Shown here one piece after another: positions 57,833 through 64,000 of a stretch of DNA of 64,000 nt. The notes below the pieces were generated by a model, which was not told where the DNA came from, made no database searches, and worked only from the letters and a program-made list of their open reading frames with translations. How positions within the stretch are numbered: the stretch's first letter is position 1; each line of letters begins with the position of its first letter. Where the stretch lies: positions 32,001-96,000 of the forward strand of contig JBEKTQ010000021.1 in the NCBI GenBank assembly GCA_049515895.1. Reading direction: 5' to 3'. Both the position numbers and the translations under genes were made by a program. The DNA comes from Candidatus Bathyarchaeia archaeon. GTDB taxonomy: Archaea; Thermoproteota; Bathyarchaeia; Bathyarchaeales; Bathycorpusculaceae.

Positions 57833-59746
57833 TTAGCCAGTCTGCTTCACTTTTTCTTGCTCAAATTTCTCGGGGGAAATGTAGTCGCCATATTTGTTTT
57901 TGGCTTCGAGTAAGCGTTGACGCTGCAGATACAGGATACCGAATAGTTCCAGCGGGGTGTCAGTGACGTTTTCTTGGTAGAAACGTGAGACACGTTCAAT
58001 CTTCGCCAAGTTTTCTGGGACACGGATGGTGAACTGCTTGATGTAATCTTCTTTTGGATAGTTTTTGTTCAGCACCTGTTTGAACAACCTGTGTAAATCC
58101 TCATATTTGGGTATGTAGCCAGTTGGAGTTTCTAAGGCGCCAACTTCGTCGTGTACCCTGAGCTCCATCCATTTTATCCAAACATGTTTATCCTGCGTAC
58201 CATTCAGGTATTTGCCGTTCCCGACTTCTCTGAGGAAATAGTTGACTCCGAAGATTACCGGCCGCTTCTTGAGTTTGCGCCCGAAATCCAAGTTATTATG
58301 AACGTTTTTTCCAAGCGGGATGGAAATGAAGTCCTGTATGCTCATCATATTGATTTCTGGAACGCCTTCTTTGCCAACTGTTGCGAAAGTAGTTACCGTT
58401 TCAAGCGAGGCTCCGTAGGCGATGATGCCGTGTTCCCAGCTGAAACTCTGCTGTACAGGTACGTAAGCCTTGTAGTCACGTCCACCATACATTATTCCGC
58501 CGACTTCGATGCCCATCGGATTGTGAAGCTCAGGGTCGCAGTTCTTTAATGCACTGAGCGCCAGTGTGTAACGTGCGTTTTTGTTGGCTGGCGGAATATC
58601 GTTGCCAGTCTCATCTTTTTTGCCGTCAAACCATGCGCCAGTGTAGTTGCAACCATCTTTGGGAAGCTCTCGTCCCATGCCTAGCCAGTATGGTTTGCCA
58701 TCCTTAACTAGCACGTTTGAAAAGATAATTTCACCGGGGTAAGTCAGCAGCTGATAGATCAAGGCGTCATCCTTTGGATTCACATCTTGTATGATTCCGA
58801 AAATGCCTGACTCAACGTTAACCGCGTGAGCAGCAGCGTCTATATCCCTGATATACGCGATATCGTCACCAAGAATTGTTTCTCCCGGAAGCATAGCGGT
58901 CGATGTTTTACCGCAAGCACTCGGGAACGCTCCTGCAAAGAAAGTTTTGCGCCCTCCGGGACCGAACACGCCCATGAGCAGCATGTGTTCTGCCAGCCAT
59001 CCTTCGCTGCTTGCTTTGCGGATGGCTAGTCGGAAAGCCAGTTTTTTGAAGCCGACAGAGTTGCCAGCGTACTGGGTGTTTACGCTGTAGATGGTGTTGT
59101 CCATGTTATCGATGTAGACGCATTTCTTGTCGTGATCAACGCTAATCATGTCGCCATTCAGTTTTCCTGCCGAGTGAACAACACGTAGGAAATCGCTTTT
59201 TGGCCCTGCCTTAACAAACTGATCGTACCCTGACCGGTAAAGAAGGCTTTCAGAATGCGCGACGTACCATGAGTCGGTGCATTGTACACCGAGAATTGTG
59301 AAGATTGAATCTTGGGGTCCGAGGCATATGAATCGGACTATCATCGTTTTTCCCTGCATGGAATCGCGCAGTAGAGATCTGACCTCCGCTAATCCTTCTT
59401 GGCGGTCCATTTGGTTGAGGGCTTTGCTTAGGACTACTCCTTTGGGTACAAGGTACTTGGTGGCTTGGCGGTCTCGTCCCTGGTCGTATTCGCCGTCAAA
59501 ATGTACAGTGTGCCCCGGCAATGTCAGGATTGCTTGCTCTTCTCCGGAAGATATCGCCATTTTGAGAACATGAGCAAGGTCTTCGGCGGAATCGCTGCAG
59601 ATAAAAATGTCTTTAGGTTGACAAAGATCGCTTTCTTTTGCAATAAACTCGTGAACATTAGGGTTATCTATGGTGCTTAGTCTTTTGAAGTCCGCGTCAC
59701 TGAGTTTTGGCTGAAGCGCCTCAAGGTAAGGATTCATTATGGCCAT
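57833..59746 (-). CDS. pckG: GTP-dependent phosphoenolpyruvate carboxykinase
   Basis: YAGNSVGFKK, WLAEHM, AFPSACGKT, GDDIAY, NARY, YGGRD, VNYF. Confidence 0.95.
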   Translation of the reverse strand: MAIMNPYLEALQPKLSDADFKRLSTIDNPNVHEFIAKESDLCQPKDIFICSDSAEDLAHVLKMAISSGEEQAILTLPGHTVHFDGEYDQGRDRQATKYLVPKGVVLSKALNQMDRQEGLAEVRSLLRDSMQGKTMIVRFICLGPQDSIFTILGVQCTDSWYVAHSESLLYRSGYDQFVKAGPKSDFLRVVHSAGKLNGDMISVDHDKKCVYIDNMDNTIYSVNTQYAGNSVGFKKLAFRLAIRKASSEGWLAEHMLLMGVFGPGGRKTFFAGAFPSACGKTSTAMLPGETILGDDIAYIRDIDAAAHAVNVESGIFGIIQDVNPKDDALIYQLLTYPGEIIFSNVLVKDGKPYWLGMGRELPKDGCNYTGAWFDGKKDETGNDIPPANKNARYTLALSALKNCDPELHNPMGIEVGGIMYGGRDYKAYVPVQQSFSWEHGIIAYGASLETVTTFATVGKEGVPEINMMSIQDFISIPLGKNVHNNLDFGRKLKKRPVIFGVNYFLREVGNGKYLNGTQDKHVWIKWMELRVHDEVGALETPTGYIPKYEDLHRLFKQVLNKNYPKEDYIKQFTIRVPENLAKIERVSRFYQENVTDTPLELFGILYLQRQRLLEAKNKYGDYISPEKFEQEKVKQTG

Positions 59747-59880
59747 TTCCCTTCAATCTCCAACAACTTTTGAATTAAACATTTTACTCTCTGAGATTTG
59801 CATAAGTAAAGATAAACCTTTCGCAATTAAAAGAAAAGTTGAGGATTGTATCATTCGCCAGTAGGTTTCTTTACATAGAA

Positions 59881-60852
59881 TCAGAGTTCATTTACAGTCC
59901 CAGGAATCCTCGGGAACGGTTGACACTCACCGACATGCTTAACGCCTGCAAGCCAGCCCACTAAACGTTCCATGCCTATTCCGCCACCAGCAGTGGGTTT
60001 AAGCTTTCCTTCTTTCGCCATCGTCAAGATCAATGCGTAGTTTTCTTTTTTGACCTTGTCACGTTCAATCTTCTTAGAGATTTTGCTGAACTCCCATTCT
60101 CGCCTGGCGCCTGAAAGCACTTCTCCGAACTGCGGCAGAAACAAGTCGTAGTTGTCCCACTTGCCCGTTTTAAAGTCTTCATAATCGTAGAATTCTCGCG
60201 GTATATTTGTCACCCAAACTGGTTCTTTCGTGTCTTCAGTTATGCCCGCTTCCCAACCGTCCGCGCCGTATTTAGCTTCAAGTTCCACACGGTCGTAGGT
60301 TTTGAATGGAGCCTTCGGAGTCTTGAGTGTGTCACACCGGCATAGACTAGTTAATTCGTCTTTCATCTCTTTCTTTATGTCTTTGACGAGTTTACTGAGG
60401 GCGCTTTCGACAAGAGCGATGATTTCTTTTGAGCTAGCGTCTCGGGCTTCGAAGTCGAGTTGTGTGAACTCGTAAACGTGTTTGCCTGTCTTGGCACGTT
60501 CGGGTTTCTCGATGCGAATATTGGGTGAAAGTATGAAGAGTTTCGGGTAAGCTGTTGAGGCAGCAACGAGTTTATGGATAATCATGCTTGCGGTCGTACG
60601 TACTGGTTTACCGTAGATATCAACTTCGATCCTCTTCTCTATTGAAGCCCCTGGGTCGGGCCAAAGTGGGTCAGTGCTTTGGCTCAACGCCACAGGAAGA
60701 AGCCACTGGTAGCCTTCGCCGACAAATGTTGAGGTTAGGCTGTTCAACGTGTAAGTCATTATCTTGCCTATGCACGCTTTTCTTTCCAGCTCGTTTGTTG
60801 TTAGTTGCTCTAGCGGTTTTGGCATTTGGATTTGTTCTTGTTTGCCTTTCAT
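59881..60852 (-). CDS. asnA: Archaeal asparagine synthetase A (AspRS catalytic-domain paralogue)
   Basis: TDPLWPD, SMIIHK, SPNIRIE, EFTQLDFE, EVLSGARRE, GGGIGMERL; no anticodon domain. Confidence 0.88.
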   Translation of the reverse strand: MKGKQEQIQMPKPLEQLTTNELERKACIGKIMTYTLNSLTSTFVGEGYQWLLPVALSQSTDPLWPDPGASIEKRIEVDIYGKPVRTTASMIIHKLVAASTAYPKLFILSPNIRIEKPERAKTGKHVYEFTQLDFEARDASSKEIIALVESALSKLVKDIKKEMKDELTSLCRCDTLKTPKAPFKTYDRVELEAKYGADGWEAGITEDTKEPVWVTNIPREFYDYEDFKTGKWDNYDLFLPQFGEVLSGARREWEFSKISKKIERDKVKKENYALILTMAKEGKLKPTAGGGIGMERLVGWLAGVKHVGECQPFPRIPGTVNEL

Positions 60853-60980
60853 TTATGTTCATTCCTTTGTCAATTATTGGATTACCAATATCAAAAGGAG
60901 ATAATAAATTTTTTATAATAAAACATGCATAAATTACAATAAACACAACATTTTATTATCGGTGCTTGTAATATTTACAT

Positions 60981-61496
60981 ATGAGCTCAAAACTTGATGA
61001 AAAAGACATAGCCATACTTCTACTCATACAAGAAAACGGCAAACTAACAGCAAGCCAAATCTCAAAAAAAATTAACTCGCCTATAACAACTGTTTTCGCG
61101 AAAATAAAACGCATGGAAGAACTAGATATAATAAAACAATACAGAGCCATCCTTTCCCCCGAAAAGCTGAATTTAGGCACCTCAGCCTTTATCTTGGCAT
61201 CAGTCTCATACACAACAAAAACCGACGACGCCCCAATTTCCCAAAGAGCTGTTGCTGAAGAAATAGCGCGGTTTCCCGAAGTCCAAGAAGTTCACATAAT
61301 CACTGGTGACTGGGATTTGCTGGTGAAACTTCGCGCAGAAAACGTAGATGCAATCGGCAAATTCGTGGTTGATAAGTTGCGGTTGATCAAGGGTTTGGAG
61401 AGGACTCTGACATGCATGGTTTTTGAAACGGTAAAGGAAACCACGAGCCTTCCCCAGCCGTTAAAGAGGGTTGCAACGAATCACTCTAAATCTTGA
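60981..61496 (+). CDS. Lrp/AsnC family regulator
   Basis: LDEKDIAIL..LQENG HTH; EVHIITGDWD. Confidence 0.93.
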   Translation: MSSKLDEKDIAILLLIQENGKLTASQISKKINSPITTVFAKIKRMEELDIIKQYRAILSPEKLNLGTSAFILASVSYTTKTDDAPISQRAVAEEIARFPEVQEVHIITGDWDLLVKLRAENVDAIGKFVVDKLRLIKGLERTLTCMVFETVKETTSLPQPLKRVATNHSKS

Positions 61497-61926
61497 CTTC
61501 GGAACTGCTTGAGTAATATAGAAGTGGCAGAGCAAGAAGTACGGTGTTCTTTCCTTTACTTGTTAAAGCATAATCTACCCTCAGCGGCGGACCAGCTGAA
61601 ACGTTTCTCGTGACGTAACCGTGCGCACAAAGCATTTTCAGCTTATCCGAAAGCGTCCGCGAGTTAACGGTCAAGATTCTTTTGATTTCTCCAAAGCCGA
61701 TGGAGTCCTTAAGCAGAAGAGAATAAAGGATTTCAAGGCTCCACTTCTGGAAAAGCAGGTTGAAGGTTTCTTGCAGGCTGTCGATTTCTTCTTTCAACTC
61801 GCCCGGGGTTATCTTCTGAGTTTCGATTATCTGGTTAAACGTGGCTTCCACGCCTTTGAGTACTTGATCCATGCGGGCTTCAACGATTTTGCGGAATTCT
61901 GCGCTCAAAGTTAAGGGGGCACTCAT
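61486..61926 (-). CDS. HxlR-family wHTH regulator
   Basis: KWSLEIL, RTLSDKLK, PLRVDYALT.KG. Confidence 0.9.
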   Translation of the reverse strand: MSAPLTLSAEFRKIVEARMDQVLKGVEATFNQIIETQKITPGELKEEIDSLQETFNLLFQKWSLEILYSLLLKDSIGFGEIKRILTVNSRTLSDKLKMLCAHGYVTRNVSAGPPLRVDYALTSKGKNTVLLALPLLYYSSSSEVKI

Positions 61927-62030
61927 CTGGTTTACACTCGGTGTGGTTTAGCTCACTTCCAAGTTTATTAAGGTTTACATATACAACAAGGTATACAAAA
62001 TACAGCAGAAAGAGTTCGGAGGAGAAAGAT

Positions 62031-63392
62031 TTGGAAAATTACGACGCCGTGGTAGTGGGCGCAGGAACAGCAGGCTGCCTCACAGCGAAAACCATCGCTG
62101 AATCAGGCTTAAAAGTTTGCCTAGTAGAAAAGAAAAAACAAGAGCAGATAGGCGAAAAAATCTGCGGCGACGCATTGGGTGAACATCACCTAAAATTCTT
62201 GGGGCTTGAAAAACCCACAGGCGGCGAGTTAGAAGCAAAAATTGACGGAATAAAAATCTATTCCCCAGACGAAAACACCATCTTCACCATAGCAGATAAG
62301 GACTTCATCGGTTTTCTGCTAAACAGACGATTATTCGGGCAGTGGCTGCTAAAGAAAGCAACCGACAAGGGCGCGTTTCTGCAAGATAACATGAATTTCC
62401 GTTCACCCATAATTGAGAAAGGCGCAGTAGCAGGCATAACTGCAAAAAACATGAAAACTGGCAAAGTTACAGAGATACGAAGTAGGATTGTGGTTGACGC
62501 TACTGGCTACTTTGGAATGGTACGAAAACAACTACCTGCCGAGATGGGCATAGATCGCGACATAGCAAACGAAGACGTCGAAGCATGCTACCGAGAAATT
62601 CGTCAACTCAAACAAGAAACCGAAAATACCCGCTTCTGCGAAATCTATCTTAACCAAAAAGCTTCGCCAGGTGGCTACATCTGGATTTTCCCAAAAGGAG
62701 GCGCCCGGGTCAACGTGGGCATAGGCACTTGCATGCGTAAAAACTATCCTAACCCCAAACAGCAACTCTATGAGACAGCCTTTAAGAAACCAATCTTCGA
62801 GGGCTCCACGGTTTTGACTGGCGGCTCATGGTTTGATCCAGTACGTAGACCATTAGACAACATGGTTTCAAATGGTGTCGTATTGACTGGTGATGCCGCT
62901 TCATTAGTTAATCCAATTCACGGCGGCGGCATTGGACCTTCAATGATTAGCGGCTATCTCGCAGGACAACAAATCGTTGAAGCCCTAAGCAAAGGTGAAC
63001 CGACAAAAGAGGCACTTTGGGGCTACAACAAGAAATACATCGACACCTATGGCAAGAAACAGGGAACCCTTGACATTTTCAAGATGTTCCTGTTATCCTG
63101 TAGTGACGCGGACCTTAACTATGGCATGAACGAGAAACTGATGACTGAAGATGACGTTCTGAAAGCAGGCATGGGCGACGACTTCCATCTAAACATTACG
63201 GAAACTGCAAAGCGCGTGTTCCGCGGCATACGACGCGTAGGATTCCTCAACAAACTTCGCTTAACCGTTACAATGATGCGGGGACTCAGCGCTCACTACA
63301 ACACGTACCCAGCCTCGCCGCAAAGCTTTGAGCCATGGCGACTACAAACCGTAAAACTCATTGAAGAGGCCAGACACAAACTCGTAGAATAG
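62031..63392 (+). CDS. Geranylgeranyl reductase family (DGGGPL reductase-like)
   Basis: VVGAGTAG, KICGD, PGGYIWIFPKG, GDAASLVNPIHGGGI; TTG start after SD GGAGG. Confidence 0.9.
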   Translation: MENYDAVVVGAGTAGCLTAKTIAESGLKVCLVEKKKQEQIGEKICGDALGEHHLKFLGLEKPTGGELEAKIDGIKIYSPDENTIFTIADKDFIGFLLNRRLFGQWLLKKATDKGAFLQDNMNFRSPIIEKGAVAGITAKNMKTGKVTEIRSRIVVDATGYFGMVRKQLPAEMGIDRDIANEDVEACYREIRQLKQETENTRFCEIYLNQKASPGGYIWIFPKGGARVNVGIGTCMRKNYPNPKQQLYETAFKKPIFEGSTVLTGGSWFDPVRRPLDNMVSNGVVLTGDAASLVNPIHGGGIGPSMISGYLAGQQIVEALSKGEPTKEALWGYNKKYIDTYGKKQGTLDIFKMFLLSCSDADLNYGMNEKLMTEDDVLKAGMGDDFHLNITETAKRVFRGIRRVGFLNKLRLTVTMMRGLSAHYNTYPASPQSFEPWRLQTVKLIEEARHKLVE

Positions 63393-63487
63393 GCAGCCTA
63401 CACATAACTTTTCTTTTTTGATTCTTCTTTTTTTCAGTTCATAAAGGCTTAAATTTGCAGTGTCACATGGATATTTACGGTGAAAAA

Positions 63488-63841
63488 ATGGTTTACTGTT
63501 CAAACTGCGGTGCAAAAATAGATGATGAAGCCTATTTCTGCCCAAAATGCGGAACAAAAACAGAAAAGGGTAAAGCTGCAAAAGCACTTTATCCCGCCGA
63601 TGAGTTGAGAGATGCTTTTTATCAAGTCGGAATAGAACTTGAGAGAGCCTTCAACATGGCGGCGCGCGAGACGCATTCAGCGATTCAGAGGGCAAGAGAA
63701 AATTTGCAGCAAAAACCGCCAAGACAACAAACTGTAACTTGCTCCAAATGCACCACACAGAATCCCAACAGCTCAGTTTTCTGTTACAGCTGCGGCACAA
63801 GACTTAGGCCTGCTGAAGAGTCGCATGGCAGTGGCGTTTGA
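63488..63841 (+). CDS. Double zinc-ribbon protein with helical linker
   Basis: CSNCG...CPKCG and CSKC...CYSCG. Confidence 0.82.
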   Translation: MVYCSNCGAKIDDEAYFCPKCGTKTEKGKAAKALYPADELRDAFYQVGIELERAFNMAARETHSAIQRARENLQQKPPRQQTVTCSKCTTQNPNSSVFCYSCGTRLRPAEESHGSGV

Positions 63842-64000
63842 TGGCTGCTGAAACCCGCGGCAAAACGCTTATCGCCTATGAAACGAAGGGCGGCGCGACT
63901 GAAGAGGCGGCACGGAAAATCGCGGATGTATTGCGTTCCAAATACCAATTAGAAGTTGACTTGGTTGATCTTAAGGAGCAAAAAGTCCCTGATCTGGCAC
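63841..64000 (+). CDS. Flavodoxin-domain protein (5' part, runs off the window)
   Basis: MAAETRGKTLIAYETKGGATEEAARKIADVL... Confidence 0.8.
   Translation, partial: MAAETRGKTLIAYETKGGATEEAARKIADVLRSKYQLEVDLVDLKEQKVPDLA

Noticed and set aside
128-63587. Numerous 60-160 aa ORFs antisense to or nested in identified genes
   Set aside because: Shadow frames with no motifs or initiation signals.

Overview
Archaeal chromosomal DNA, most likely Bathyarchaeia (inferred from the gene set and style: secreted PQQ-like beta-propeller protein, TrmB, dph5, ribK/ribL, Lhr, archaeal AsnA, GGR, CdvABC, many TTG/GTG starts). About 1-31 kb is a patchwork accessory region. It holds a truncated tyrosine integrase, a ~140-bp repeat in three copies, a CheB-CheR-PAS-histidine kinase gene between 47-bp direct repeats, a frameshifted STAND ATPase-TPR gene, PPK2 and pseudogenes. 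Six copies of a 17-bp palindrome (GGATTAAAATTTAATCC) sit at the boundaries between its gene modules. About 31-64 kb is mostly housekeeping. It includes a Cdv/ESCRT-III division operon (cdvB paralogue-cdvA-cdvB-cdvC/Vps4) with a perfect 20-bp palindrome upstream, an internal deletion in one ESCRT-III gene and a missing start codon in the other. I recognised no rRNA, intact tRNA or CRISPR array. All calls were made by eye from motifs; no database searches were run.
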